A stretch of DNA of 64,000 bases from Basidiobolus meristosporus CBS 931.73 (GCA_002104905.1 MCFE01000418.1:14268-78267), one strand, 5' to 3'; numbered from the stretch's first letter, positions 24,362 to 40,242 are shown. A program made the numbers and translations. The notes: a model not told the origin generated them from the letters alone.

Positions 24362-27359
24362 CTAGGCTTCCTCCAAGGTGGAGGAGGATCTGGTTCGTTT
24401 CGATAGGGGTCGCCGACTTGAATGTATGAAGACATGACTGAAATGGATTCGTTCTCCTTTGTAGTCTTTGAGGGGAAGATGACGATAACCTAGAAATCAG
24501 ACAAGATAAGACTCGGGGGAGCAGACGATTCCTTGGATCTGTATGGGGCACTTACCCGGCTGCAAGTTATCCAGCATTATGCAATAGCTGGCCAAGATCT
24601 CGTCGGAGCTAATGCCCTGATCGTAGATGGCAAACCTGAGGAAGGTGACTTCCGGCCGGTGAACCTCGAACACGAACCTCTCTTTCCAGATCGGGTTGAA
24701 CCCGTTGTTGGCGATGGTGCGAGTGCGACGCCGCACCACCGAGGATGCGATCACCTCCAACTCACAGACCGGGTCCACCACCTCGCCTTTACTGGCAAGT
24801 TTTGGCTTTGGCAACTGCTGCGCGGATATGATCTAGCACAAAGCGGGTAAATACGGGAACCTCTCCATCGGCAAAATCCTTCCGTTACCTCGACCTCGAG
24901 CAGCTCCGATATAGGCTCCTCCACCTCCTTCACACGGAGGTATTCCGGCTTCAGGACGTAACCGCACCCACCGTTGTTGTAGAACATGGCTTCGTAGATC
25001 TGCATGCATCGGTCTAGCAGGAGATATCAGCAGGGACCACAAGCAAAGTAGACATGGGTTGCGCGCATACCGTAGGTTTGGTAGTTCAAGGCAACCACCT
25101 GAGTGCCTGAGAGCCAATGGATCATGGGGTCGAAGTTCGACGAGTTCAGACGCATGGTTTTCGGATATACGCGAGTGAGCTGGATCTTGTTGTGCTCAAT
25201 GAACGTGGCCATCTCTTTTTGGCTCAGCTTCAGCGCCTTGCTCTCGTTCATCGAGATGATTTTGTCGTATTTCACTAAGAATACCACCGGATCGGAGGGG
25301 TTAGTCTCTCGCCCGTTGTTGGCTTATAGACGGATGCAGCGAATACTAACAATGGTTAAGGTCGAAGAATTTGAAGTGCGCCGCCTTGCAATACACAACC
25401 ATGTCCGAGAGTAGCTTGGCAACTTTGGGTTTGCGCATTTTCCCAGCTTTCTCGACTACACGAAACCGAAACACATGGTTAGTGGGGTGTCTGACTGCAC
25501 GCACCGCTTACGCAAGCCTTACTTTTGACCGTAGCTTCGTAGCCGTTCTCATCGATGGAGTCCTCCTCCGAGGTGGAGCTGAGGGCCTCTTCCGACTCTG
25601 GGGTGATGGTCTTGTTCTATGCGAAGATGGCATGTTAGATCTCCACACGGCTGGCGTAGCGATAGGAACTCACTCATGTAAAGACCTTGATCAAAATCTT
25701 GTAGAGCAGCTGGTTTGGCGAAGGAAGGTGTGATGCGTGTTCTCCTAAAGGCTTGAGCAAGAGAAGTCCGTTAAGAATTTGAAGCAATATCTTGGCCATG
25801 GCCTCCTGCTGCACTGGTGAACAATGGGTTTCAAATGACAGGATCAATGGGAATGGAGACGCAACAAAAGCGTACTTTCTGATGGCCTCTATAGCATCCC
25901 GAAATAGTATCTTTGACGTCCTGGACGGGGACAAGGTTAGTCTGGCTCTAGACGAGAGGGTAGGCAGCAGATGGCTTACAATGTTCGTCCGTGATATATT
26001 ATCGGTTCGTTATTGGGGCCATCCCAGCAATCCACTAGACAGGAGCGTTAGAATGTCGCTGGCGTGCCTCTAACTTGAGAAAATACTTGCATTCAACGCA
26101 TCGACATCCCCGCTGCAGAGCTCGAATGTACCCCTCCACCGAGGACTCGCTGACCACCTGATCGCCCAGGAGATATCTGTGTAGCCAAGGTTAGCTGGTA
26201 TCGGGTGGTGGATGCCGGTCGACACTTACGTATTGTGTGAGGATGCAATGAAGTAATGGCTCAAAGGCTGGTCCATGTCTTGGTAGACCCGAGTGGTCTC
26301 CGATGGAGTAGGCAGGTTGTCCGAGAGCAGCAGAAAGTTCAGGAATCCCTTGACGTTCATCGTGCTAGAGCCTTCTTCGCAATACTTGTAGAAAACATGT
26401 TCGGCCTCTTCAGGCTTTTGCTGGAGAAAGGCTGAGTACAGTGGAGCCAAGATTCCCTTCCGTGGTGACGCCTTACCTTCTGCGTATCAACCCAAAAGCG
26501 AGTGAACTCCTGTAGAGTAAGATAGGCCCGATCGGTGGTGGCGATCGATTCAAAGAGCTCGCTGATATCGTTGCGCTGGCGAAGCAAATGAATGATCTTC
26601 GCAAAGCCGTCAAAGTCGATGAACCCTTGGTTTTGCTTGTCGATCACCTACATCACGGTATCAGTCAGTCCATCCTCACAAATGCCTAGAGTGACCAGAA
26701 TCCATCCTACGTTGAAAAATCGCACCAGGCTCTCAGCAGGGCAGTTGATGTTGAGCTTTTTACAAAGCTGCGTGATCTCACCAAGGGAAAGTGAGTCGTT
26801 TTTGTCTTTACTGGCGTCGTGCCATGCTTGGCGCAGCCAGGCATCGACCCGCTCTCGCAAAACATGTGGTCCAGCCAGTTCTTTGGACTTTGCGATGAGG
26901 ATCTCAAGCGTATTAACCCACTCCACCAGCAATTCCCTGGTTGGCGAGACGAGATTCAGGTTCTTGTACTTTCCCCCTTCCACGTAGACAACACTAAACC
27001 ATCTATCTTGGTCTCTGGAACTCAAATTAAATTGCTTTTTAAATATCTTGGCTTCCGGGCCAACCCGAAGCTCCTTAATCCACTCCATGTTTACTACAAG
27101 ACAGAAACTCGTTAGCCTGCTACCTTGTGCTTTTTGGAAGGGAAGGGAGGGGAAACAGTAGACACACACCCACTGCAGACTTGGAGCGCTTTTTGGAGTC
27201 CCATAGCAACCTATTTTGTGCAGGATCGAGCCAAAAGGTGCGCTCATGACGCTTGGCAGGAGAGAGCTTTAACATCTTGGTGCCTTTTATGAGGGACTCG
27301 GGGATAGGAGGGAGATCGTTTTTGGGGCTAGGGCATACTGTAGGGTTTAAGGTGCGCAT
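24362..27359 (-). CDS. PLC1: Phosphoinositide-specific phospholipase C (delta/Plc1-type; PH-EF-X-Y-C2), multi-exon
   Basis: PH (LIKGTKMLK..., WIKELRVG); EF hands; X box ([43 protein letters not shown]); Y box (LTRVYPK..R..SSNFDP...[21 protein letters not shown]); C2 ([23 protein letters not shown]). 5' start uncertain. Confidence 0.95.
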
Positions 27360-28092
27360 CAGTATAGAAAGCTCTCAATGGGAAGAAAGGGAGGCTAAAA
27401 CGAAGATGTCTAAATCAATGCGGCAGCGTAAAAGAAGAGAGAAGAGCTTCTACCTTTGAGCATTAGGTTGGAACAACGTATTCTCTAGGGTTGGAGGAAT
27501 GAGCGAAACTAAACTGGGGGATGGATAGGAAAAGGCGGTGGAGAATTTATAGATAAGTTTACCAACAAAGAAAAATCAACTAAAGAATTGGAATGATAAG
27601 GAAAGAGCCTTGAATGGCTTGTGAATGGTGCTACATCAGAATCTCGTTGATCTCGCAGTTCAAATGAAATCTAAATCAGCTACAAATTTTACTACGTATC
27701 CCAGTACGAATTCCACCCAGTGAAATCCCCGATCTAATGTGATGGCGAGCATTAAGAGAACAGGAAACGTCGAAGGGAACATGCTGGAGAACATTTGTTG
27801 CTCTCGTTACACTGCCCTCGATCGCTCCGAATGCCATATTCGTCGAAGCAGTAGGTGTCTAAATATAGTGAGGCCCAGCAGCCAATCCAGCACAGCCAAG
27901 ATCCCACTCGCAACTAGCGTGCGTGTGCGGCCATGATCAGCCTTACAAATATGTATCACCATGTTTCAGCGGGTGAGTGGGTCGCATGTGTGATAGTGCA
28001 TTATTAAGTGGGAATCAAATGGATCCGGTCTCATTGTTACCATATAAATTTGTGGTGAATGTCTAGCCAAGCCCATATTTAGTCTGATCAAG

Positions 28093-29294
28093 ATGCACGT
28101 CCAAGGTAAATGCGCAATCATAACTGGTGCCTCCTCAGGCTTTGGGAAGGCCTTGGCAGAGAGACTGGTCTCCAAAGGGTTAGGCCGATATGAATGCTCA
28201 TGATGCAGCGTCCGTTGCTGACTTATTGCCTGCAGCGCCAACGTAATCCTGGCCGATATCGACAACGTGGAAGGTGAAAAGCTGGCCGCCTCGCTTAACG
28301 AAAAAGTGTTAGTACTGAGTGCTCCTTTGCGTGTCCTGGTGAACCCAGTTCGCTTACCCTTTGACCTTCAGAAAAAGAAAATGCGCAGTCTTCCAGCTTT
28401 GCGACGTTACCAAGCAAAAGGACCTTGTTCAACTCTTCAACAAGGCTGAGGAAAGCTTCACTGCCGCGGACGTTGGTATTTCCCTGACGCCATCTCTTTA
28501 TCAGACCTCTAAAGATTCTCTATAGATTGTCATCAACAACGCTGGGATCAGCGATATGCCAGGATTCTATGACAGCGAGAATCGTAAGCACCTTTGCTGT
28601 TCGTTTTACAGGGTCTATCTTCTAACCACAAAAAACCTCTTTCCCAGCTACCTGGTACAAGACGCTGGATATAGATCTCGTTGCTGTCATTGAGGGAACC
28701 AGATTGGGTGTTCGTCATTTCAAGAAACACAGTCGCTCCGGCGTTATTGTCAACACCGCTTCTTTAGCCGGAATTATTCCCTTGTCATTGTCACCTGTCT
28801 ATTCTGCGGCTAAGACTGGGGTAATGAAGTACAGAGATATCAACCGGGGAAGACACTAACATCTTATGGCCAACAGGTTGTAGGATTTACAAGATCCCTC
28901 AACGTTTTGAGGCACCAGAATATCCGGGTCAACGCCGTGGCTCCGTCATTTTCGCGTAGGGGATCGTTGATACCATGCGTTATACATCAACTAACCAACC
29001 TCTTTTCATCTAGCCACCAACATAGTGACCAAGGGAAGAGCAAATCTGGAGGCTTTTGATAAATTCGTGTCCAAAGTCAAGTTGGTCCCTGTTGAGCAAG
29101 TAGTTGATGCATTCATGCTGCTTATCGAGGATGACTCCCATGCTGGTAATGTTATGTCGTCGCTCTTGATTGGCTGCTAGATATATCTAACAAAGGAAGC
29201 AGGGCAAGTGGCTCAAATCACTCCTCAGCACGGTATCACAATGCTTGTTGGTGAAAAATCCCCAAAGACCAAGAAGCCTTCGGGAAAGCTCTAG
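28093..29294 (+). CDS. Short-chain dehydrogenase/reductase (15-hydroxyprostaglandin dehydrogenase-like), multi-exon
   Basis: TGASSGFG, ADID, CDVT, IVINNAG, NTASLAG, YSAAK and IRVNAVAP motifs separated by short GT-AG introns. Confidence 0.92.
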
Positions 29295-29698
29295 GCGTGT
29301 ATGTAGCCAAATATGTTAATAAATCTCTATCCAATTCATCAGCCGTTGATGTGTTTGGGGCTTGGACCGACCACGCTTTTCCTTCCACCATCTTCACTGA
29401 TGCATCGGAAAACAATCCGGTTCAATTTTTGTATTGGTCAAGAATGCTCTTCTATACATATTTTCTGCAACTCGACCTTGAAACAATCAATCCCACCATG
29501 ATTCATATGCATTCATGGATGAATGGTGTCAATTCAATATATAAGTTTTGGTTCTTGACCAATACAGGCTATTCACAGGTTATTCGCAGGTTATTCGCAG
29601 GTTATCCACTTTTGTTCACTTCCATTTCTTGGTGGCCTTCACCCTCTTCCCTTTGTTGACTCGCGAAATCATCGATTCCTTCCTTCGCCACTGACTTC

Positions 29699-30616
29699 AT
29701 GTCGACCACGACCTTTCAGACTCCTAGTGAGGAGGTTTTGTATTGGAAAACCATGGCTTTGTCCTGGGAAAAGGAGCTCGCCGATACACGGTTAACGTTG
29801 GATGATTTCCAGACATCATCAAGAGAGTTGGAAGAAGAGCTTGAGCGAGAGCTTCACATACTAGAGGAGCAGAATAAAAAACTTAGTACTCAGAACCAAA
29901 GTCTGGTCCATGAACTGGACGAGCTCACACAGAAGCACCAGGCGTCCTGTCTAAGCTCTGGCCAAAGTATATATTCCCTTCAGAAGGAACTAGAGAACCT
30001 TCGGGAAGAGTACGACCTATCCCAGCGTAAGGCTGTCAACCTGGAAATGGATAACGAGGAGCTGGAGAGCTTCAAAAGGGCTGCCCATAGCTCGATACTT
30101 GACATGGAGAAGAAATACAACGAGGCACGAGAGTGGAAGGAGAGGTATGAGCAGGAGAGTAGGAAACGCGGTCAAATGAGGGAGGAAATTCAGAGACTCA
30201 AAGATGAGCTTCAGGACTTGGAGAATGAGCTCCGTGTTGTTCGATCACACTCTCCAATATCACCCGCCCTTAGTCCGACTCCCTTCAACTTCCCGCCAAC
30301 ACCCACTCCCTGCAAAAGAAGCGCTCAGGATTCGGAGGCACCTGGTACCCATTCGCCTTCTCTATCCCCAACTCCCCCTTCCCCTGTTCCCACGGCGCGC
30401 AGGCTGTCTGAGTACCGTAGGAAAGGGGGGAGCTCAGTAAGCACCCTTCAAGAAATCATGGAGCGAGTCAAGACGCTGGAGAATAGACTGATCTCGTGTC
30501 GCACAAGAGTAAAACCATTCTTACCTAACTCACACACTAACCCAACCAAGGCAAGAACTCCCGCCCTACCGCCAGCTGAAGCAGGGGAGATGCTAACACA
30601 ACCTGGCGTATGGTGA
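29699..30616 (+). CDS. nudE: NudE/Nde1-like dynein regulator (305 aa)
   Basis: EEVLYWK, FQTSSRELEEELEREL, LEMDNEELE and EEIQRLKDELQDL coiled coil, typical of the NudE/NDEL1 N-terminus. S/P-rich tail. Confidence 0.88.
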   Translation: MSTTTFQTPSEEVLYWKTMALSWEKELADTRLTLDDFQTSSRELEEELERELHILEEQNKKLSTQNQSLVHELDELTQKHQASCLSSGQSIYSLQKELENLREEYDLSQRKAVNLEMDNEELESFKRAAHSSILDMEKKYNEAREWKERYEQESRKRGQMREEIQRLKDELQDLENELRVVRSHSPISPALSPTPFNFPPTPTPCKRSAQDSEAPGTHSPSLSPTPPSPVPTARRLSEYRRKGGSSVSTLQEIMERVKTLENRLISCRTRVKPFLPNSHTNPTKARTPALPPAEAGEMLTQPGVW

Positions 30617-30884
30617 CTAATAGGGTGGGTTTGATGGGGGTATCTTGCACTCCATCGATTTGTGCACATAGTCGAAGTTGTTATTATTTCATCAGTTTGT
30701 GGTTCCCCTAACCAATCCCTTGATATCCAATAATTTCCACGTCACAGTATCAGGTGGACGATTGATGATTCCGAGCCCATTGGTGCCACTGAAGCAGTGT
30801 GGATCTGCCTAGAGCAATCGTGGAATCCACATCCAAGAGGAAACCAGCGCGCAGTCCACCGCCTAACCTATCGTTAACCCTAGA

Positions 30885-31012
30885 GACCACTATGTTGCTT
30901 CGTAACGCATTTAACAAATAGACACACATAATACCCCCAGTCACTTGGCACCATGTTGCTTCGTAACGCATTTAATAAATAGACACACACACACAATACC
31001 TCCAGTCACTTG
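30885..31012. repeat. ~62-bp imperfect tandem duplication
   Basis: atgttgcttcgtaacgcatttaa(c/t)aaatagacacaca...atacc(c/t)ccagtcacttg occurs twice. Confidence 0.75.
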
Positions 31013-31227
31013 AGCAAACAATTTATGGTGAGCGTAACCTTTTGGTGGCAATGAATAGAATAGGAGGGGGGATAGACATATGGAGAAGTGCGGAATGAGC
31101 GTTGAATATCGTGCAAAAAGGTACACATGAACAAGGGGATGGGGATGGGGATGGGGATGGAGATTAAGTGATATATAAGGTATGTACACGTTACATACAA
31201 TGTCGATCCGGTGGAACGAAGGGTCGC

Positions 31228-34399
<3,172 letters not shown>

Positions 34400-34902
34400 G
34401 AAGTAGAAAATACGGGAAGACGGGAGATAGGAATGTAGACTTCAGCGCTCCAGAGAAATACCAAAAGTGTATTGTTACAAGAATGAACGGAGATATGAAT
34501 TTAGGAAAGTTTGGACGCAACTCTCATGTATTCGTCAATCCAAGCATTAATGGATTGGCTGATCTTCATGGATCATATTGGCCCAATCTAGTATTATTTC
34601 AGCACAATGGATGGCGGCGCGGGCAGCTCGATGCGAATGCGCTGATTCAGGCCTCAGTCCCCGGCACCCCTCAACCTCGTGACATCCACATTGCACTGAT
34701 TTCGCAACCAACCCAGTGATCAGATTGCTACCTGGATTACATAATAGATTATATTACGAGCTGATCCCGCGTCCTGATCCCGCGTCCTGATCCAGCTAAC
34801 CATTTCATTAAGCTTAATACATTTATTCTCCCAAGTTAGTGTACAATATTAGTGCAGTATTAGTGCAATATTAGCGCAGTATCCAGTGCCGATTCCCATC
34901 CA

Positions 34903-36357
34903 CTAACTGGATGCCTCTTTGGCCTGACGCTTCGCATTATAACGCGCGTTCAGTATATCAAATGGCTCTTGACGCTGTCTCTGAATCATGGGGATGTACT
35001 TATTTAAGCGCAGCTCGCGGCCTCCTCCCAATATGACATTGGTCCCAGTGGCTTTGACCTTGCCGGAGCCTAGATGCTCGCTCCACGTACACGGTGTTTG
35101 ATCGGCAGGTTTGACCAGCAGGGAGCCAAGCTCTTTATACATGGTTGAGAACATCAGCGTTTGGGTGGTATGGGTATACCACTGCTCGACGATATGTTTG
35201 TGAAGGCGAGACAGACCCAGCATGTCTTTGTTGCTGCTAAATTGCCAGTCCAGTCCGTCAAACTGACAATCATACAACACCAAGGGGATGTCGCTAGCCA
35301 TTTCGTAGTTTGGCTTTGAGGGTAGCGTATCAACGTCTAACATCTGTTGAACAATGGAGGGTTGCTCCAGCCCTTGGCCAACGTTGAATAGCACTGCCAT
35401 CATACAACGCACCTGATGCCAAAGGAACGCTGTCCCGGTCAGATTCAACTCGTAGAGCTCCAGTTCGGGTGAGGAAAAGTTCATCCCTTCCACTCGCTTT
35501 ATATCAGCCTCGAGGACGGTCCTTTCATAATTGACGATTTGCTTGGCAGGATCGATCTTGCAGAAGTTTCGGAAGTCATGGGAGCCAAGGAACATTTTGG
35601 CCCCTTCCCTCATTTTCTCAACGTCAAGCCCTCCCTTAGCAAAAAAGTACTTGTATTTTCTGGAACGACAATCGAACCGAGCGTTAAAGGAATCTTCGGC
35701 GGGTGACCAGGCAACGACTCGCACATCGCTTGGAAGTTGCTTGTTGATCAAATCTACATACGCTATTTCGTCTATTTCGGTTCGTCTATCTCTACTCTCA
35801 TCTTGTGGAATGTTGGACCTAACATCGAGTGCTATCACCTGACCCAGGCCACTTACGCCTTTGTCGGTTCGTCCGCAGCGAGAGTAGTTACAGGTTGCGG
35901 GATCGGCAATAAGCCTGGCCGCTAGCAGCGCACGGAACAATTGGTCCTCGACAGTTTCAACTGTCCCTTTTTCTCCCTGACTAGCAAAGCCATAATAATT
36001 CCAGCCAAAATAGGCCACCTTTAGGGCAATGTGACGCTTGGGATACTTAGTGATGTCGAAAGGACGCTGTTCCTTTTTCACCTTCTTACTTTTCGGCCGA
36101 GGGGAGTTTTCGGAGGAGGGGAGTTCATGTTTACGCGACTTTGCCGGTGCTTCAACCGAAGAATCGACCTTGGTCTTGGGGGTCGCTGAATGCTCCCGTT
36201 GCTCGTATTCCAAAAGTTTCTCTATCAACTTCTCCTTCGACCAGGAGTCGTACTTTCCAGGGATAGAGGTTGACATACTTCTATACCTTGTTATGGAAGG
36301 GAGCAAATGAAGGTTCACGAGGTGGGCCAGTGGTCTTGACAGTATAAACCTGTGCAT
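34903..36357 (-). CDS. DEG1: tRNA pseudouridine(38/39) synthase (TruA family), 484 aa
   Basis: RHIALKVAYFGWNYYGF, YSRCGRTDKGVS (catalytic Asp), FNARFDC, G.HDFRNFCK and AFLWHQVRCM motifs. Confidence 0.93.
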   Translation of the reverse strand: MHRFILSRPLAHLVNLHLLPSITRYRSMSTSIPGKYDSWSKEKLIEKLLEYEQREHSATPKTKVDSSVEAPAKSRKHELPSSENSPRPKSKKVKKEQRPFDITKYPKRHIALKVAYFGWNYYGFASQGEKGTVETVEDQLFRALLAARLIADPATCNYSRCGRTDKGVSGLGQVIALDVRSNIPQDESRDRRTEIDEIAYVDLINKQLPSDVRVVAWSPAEDSFNARFDCRSRKYKYFFAKGGLDVEKMREGAKMFLGSHDFRNFCKIDPAKQIVNYERTVLEADIKRVEGMNFSSPELELYELNLTGTAFLWHQVRCMMAVLFNVGQGLEQPSIVQQMLDVDTLPSKPNYEMASDIPLVLYDCQFDGLDWQFSSNKDMLGLSRLHKHIVEQWYTHTTQTLMFSTMYKELGSLLVKPADQTPCTWSEHLGSGKVKATGTNVILGGGRELRLNKYIPMIQRQRQEPFDILNARYNAKRQAKEASS

Positions 36358-36463
36358 TGTTCACACAAACCGACGGCCGAAAAAAAAACTGGTGTTGATC
36401 ACACTGAATTTTTATTAATTTATCAACAATATCTATATGAAATCTCGGTTCGGCAGCATGGGA

Positions 36464-37262
36464 TTAATCTACAAAATTCAACATTAGCTCAGTGGTGAGT
36501 GGGGTGATAGGCGATCGGGGAGCTTACAGCAGCAAGTGCAGTCGAATGGGCAGTCTTCCGTATCTGCGCAGTCGTGAGTAAGCAATTTTATAAGGCCAAG
36601 TGGACATAAGTGACATGATTACCTCCACCGGTACCAATGTTGAGCTCGGTAGTGTCGAAAACTGGATATCCCTCCTCAGTGGTTTTTCCTTTTATCCGAA
36701 AGCGTTCAATATCAGCGAAGAAACATACAAATCCATGTATGCACATACTTCCTTGTTTTCCACGACTATCTGAAAATCCATCTTCGTCGTTGATGCGAAG
36801 ATCTTTCTTGCTCTGCTTTGCCGCCTTCTTGTCGGGATCAACAAACACCACCTCCTTGGCTTTACTACTCTTCGAGCTGCCCTCTTTTTTCTCTGCCTTT
36901 TCCTCGACCTTGGAGGCACTGTTATCGCTTGCTAGGCTTTTGTTTCCCTTCGCAGCAAAGATATCGTCAATCTCATCAGCTTCATGTGTTGGGCAACAGA
37001 ACAGTCAACAAAAGTGGCAAACAGCATAACGTATAAGCGGTACACCGACCTTTTCGCTTTTTCCCCTCGGCATCGTTTGTAGGCTTACCCTTGGACGCGA
37101 AAATGTCGTCTATCTCACTCGTGGCTAGAAAGTAGTGAAGGCGAAGGGTGAGAAAATCAACTGCGAACGAGTACACTGCATCCCTCTATAACGAGCCATA
37201 CTAGGGTTTTGCTTTGGTTTTTCCGCCTTCTTCTCGGGTGCTTTATTTTTCGGCTTCGCCAT
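36464..37262 (-). CDS. DUF1764-like small Lys-rich protein, multi-exon
   Basis: IDDIFASK, DGFSDSRG, KTTEEGYPVFDTTELNIG and DCPFDCTCC motifs across GT-AG introns. Confidence 0.8.
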
Positions 37263-37414
37263 AACTAACTAGATCGATCCACAAGGAATCCCATATCGCC
37301 AGCCTCCATTATAACCACACTCCCCGATGACCTGTGTGGAATTTTTTGATCCACCGAAAATTTCCCATTTTCTTTCCAATTGAAAAGCTGGCCAATACAT
37401 GGTGTTTATGTCTG

Positions 37415-37519
37415 TGGTTCAATACTCTTGAAAATGCGTATATTGGTGGTTAAATACTCTTGAAAGCGCTTATATTGGTGGTTAAATACTCTTGACAGCG
37501 CTTATATTGGTGGTTAAAC
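37415..37519. repeat. ~31-bp tandem repeat x3
   Basis: aatactcttga(a/c)agcgcttatattggtggtta repeated. Confidence 0.8.
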
Positions 37520-37634
37520 GCTCGTGTTGACCCAGAGCCGAGGCTAGATCTATATATGGACATGGGGATGAATTAGGGAATTCCATCTTGGGAATATAAA
37601 CAAAAGGACATGAAAAAGGCTGGAACTATCGTTT

Positions 37635-38354
37635 CTATATACAAAAGACAGGGTTGAGGGAGCAATCAAAGTCGGAATCGGGTGGAGCCGGGTACTGAGA
37701 GGGTTTGGAAGACTGGGGAGACTGGTTGGGAGTTGCCATGTAGCTTTCGTCAGAATCAGAATTGGTGTCGGAATCAGCATCGGCCTCATTCAAGATATAC
37801 TCGATGGACATGCGCCTCTTTAGCCTCTCCTCCTTGTTTTTGAGAGGGAGATAGAGCTCGACGTATATCCAAAGAGTAGTGAGCGTGCTCCAGCGATTTA
37901 GGATGGGGAGTGCTAGGGCCGTAGGGAGGGTCGTCAGAAGGGCCTCAACTAGTGAGAAGGGGAGGATTGAGCGAAACAATGCGACCGACCAGGTGGGGTT
38001 CAGTCTGCTGAAAAGCTCCAAGGAGATCCCAATCGTGGTGTCGCATACGTCTAGTTGACGCATGTACGACTCAACCAAGGGCAAGACGAACTCGTCGTAT
38101 GTCTTGTGAGGGGCAGTGCATTGGATCAAGTGCTCAGCATGGCTTAGCTGGCGCCTGCATAAGGAGCACTCGCCTGATGGGACAGCAAGTGTCCACAGCT
38201 TGTCCCAGAATTTCTTCAACGCAAAGCTCTTCAAGGTGGAAGAATCAACCGGGATCAGGTCGGGGTGGTCAGGCAACAAGAAATCATTGTGGGTCAGGAT
38301 CTTGAACGAATACTGTATCTCTTCAAAGACGCTAATTTTGCACATCGTGAACAA
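37635..38354 (-). CDS. Hypothetical protein (239 aa) with a CxxC...H..H...C cluster
   Basis: Open frame with gene-like GC and CpG content. CSLCRRQLSHAEHLIQC, and RMSIEYILN followed by an acidic tract. Confidence 0.5.
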   Translation of the reverse strand: MFTMCKISVFEEIQYSFKILTHNDFLLPDHPDLIPVDSSTLKSFALKKFWDKLWTLAVPSGECSLCRRQLSHAEHLIQCTAPHKTYDEFVLPLVESYMRQLDVCDTTIGISLELFSRLNPTWSVALFRSILPFSLVEALLTTLPTALALPILNRWSTLTTLWIYVELYLPLKNKEERLKRRMSIEYILNEADADSDTNSDSDESYMATPNQSPQSSKPSQYPAPPDSDFDCSLNPVFCI

Positions 38355-38601
38355 TGAATTTCTCCCTGGCCTCTGCTCACATTTAAATAAGCCATTTCCA
38401 CGGGTTTGTCCGCAAGCATTGATTTCACCAAGCTACTCTAGACAGTCAAGTGGTCACCAGGATAAAGCAAGTCATGGAGTTGCATCCAGATCACATTGAT
38501 TCGGGATCGTTAGGATCATCTTTGCCTCATACAGCGAAACATTTGATCTGGACTTGGGGTTAGGCCGTTCCTACCCGCCCACTCCACATTTATTTATAAG
38601 T

Positions 38602-39255
38602 TTACAAATCAAAATCAGACTCGGCCTCGGTTCTGGTGGAGATTTCAGAGTCGTACTCCACATCCGAATACCTCCCGCCTACTCGTATTTCGTCGTCATT
38701 CATCACCTCCCCAATTCTTGGACCACTCATGAACGCGTGTGGTAGAGTAGCTCCCTTCTGGAGGCCTTTGCTCTCACTATGATGCGCATTTGGTGTGTAG
38801 TTCAGTTGCACAAGCCTCTGGGCCAACGCAACCAATTGTGCAAACGCCTCCGTGGATAATGGGGGCGAGTTTGGAAATAGCTGCTGTATCATGAATCGCA
38901 TTTCTTGATCTGAGCCGCCGGTGTTGACGAATAGGTCCACTATCTCCCCGGTTAGGATCCGGATTTGCTCCTGGGTCGGAGGCAGTTTTCGGGCCCATAT
39001 CTCTCGTTTGATTAGTTCGCAGAGTGCGTTGTACGTACGATCATGGTCCCCTTCCCTAGGCGTAAAGATAATCCGCTCCATAAGGTCGGCATCGCTTGAG
39101 TGGCGCGGTCGCCCAAAGGGGGTCTCTTTACCGTTAGGTATTGGGTAGGGAGCATTCCGATGCTTCTCCTGCAAAGCAGATACGCTGTGACGCCGTCTCT
39201 GTTGTTGCTGCGAACCCGAGTTCGACGATAGGAATTCCCGAGGGTGAGCATGCAC
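38602..39255 (-). CDS. Hypothetical protein (217 aa)
   Basis: Open frame with ATG and gene-like composition. RRHSVS kinase-site-like motif, helical middle region, acidic tail. Confidence 0.6.
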   Translation of the reverse strand: MHAHPREFLSSNSGSQQQQRRRHSVSALQEKHRNAPYPIPNGKETPFGRPRHSSDADLMERIIFTPREGDHDRTYNALCELIKREIWARKLPPTQEQIRILTGEIVDLFVNTGGSDQEMRFMIQQLFPNSPPLSTEAFAQLVALAQRLVQLNYTPNAHHSESKGLQKGATLPHAFMSGPRIGEVMNDDEIRVGGRYSDVEYDSEISTRTEAESDFDL

Positions 39256-39689
39256 TGCTCGAGTCCCGAAATCCCTAAAACATCCAACTGATTAAAGTGC
39301 AAGAAGCACACTTGGGGTAAATAGAGTAATACTACCTAGGATTTATGTGGCCATTTAGTGAGTTGAGTTCGTGCTTTTCTCCTGCTGCATAGATATCTTC
39401 CATACTGTTCTGAAATAAGGGGATAAAATTGTTCTTGGCCTGGCTGTCTGTTCGTTGTATTGAGGGCACAAGAATAGCCTGTCACATGGTTAACTGAAAC
39501 GCCACCAATGCAGACTTTCCCATTAACCGACTAATTTGGATTAATCGACTCGGGATGGTGACATGGCAAAAAGCGATCACTGGTCGAATATCTGTCCAGC
39601 ACATGTAGACATCCATCCAAGTCATACATACATACACAAACACATTCACAATAACAACGTTTGGCTAGCATTCAATGGCAGTGTAGGCA

Positions 39690-39778
39690 AGCAACTTCCA
39701 ACTAGCATTCAACAACAGGAGCAACTTCCAGCTAGCTTTCAACAGGAGCAACTTCCAGCTAGCTTTCAACAGGAGCAT
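39690..39778. repeat. 27-bp tandem repeat x3
   Basis: caacaggagcaacttccagctagcttt repeated downstream of RPS26. Confidence 0.8.
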
Positions 39779-39823
39779 GTATGTGTAGGTGTACATATAC
39801 GTGTACAATAGCAACAGATTTAT

Positions 39824-40242
39824 TTAAGCAGATTTGGCGGGGTTGACCTTCTTGCCATCTTTGTCGAAGCGGAATCTGGGAGGAGGGGTTCTGATTCTGC
39901 GACCAACGGCTGAACGGACACGAACAATGTGTTGGTGAATGGCGCAAGAGACACAGTAATGAAGCTTGACGTAAAGCTTGGGAAGGGCATATTCAGCATA
40001 GACGGAGGCCTCCTTCAAATCTCTAACAGCGGCGGATTCAACCATGTTACGGATGGTGAAGCGCTTGATAGCCTTATCCTTGGGAACGCAACGAGCGCAG
40101 TTGACACAACGAACGGGCTTGACGTGGCCACGTCCACTCTTGTTACGTCCGTGATTTCTTCTTTTGGTAGTCTAGAGGAGTGGGCAAAGTGGTTAGACGA
40201 CTGGGACGGGGGGCATCCATCCGTTAGTAGTGAGCTTACCAT
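39824..40242 (-). CDS. RPS26: 40S ribosomal protein eS26 (ATG-only exon 1 + 68-bp intron + exon 2; 116 aa)
   Basis: [36 protein letters not shown]...[17 protein letters not shown]...VRVRS. Exon 1 at 40240-40242, intron 40172-40239. Confidence 0.97.
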
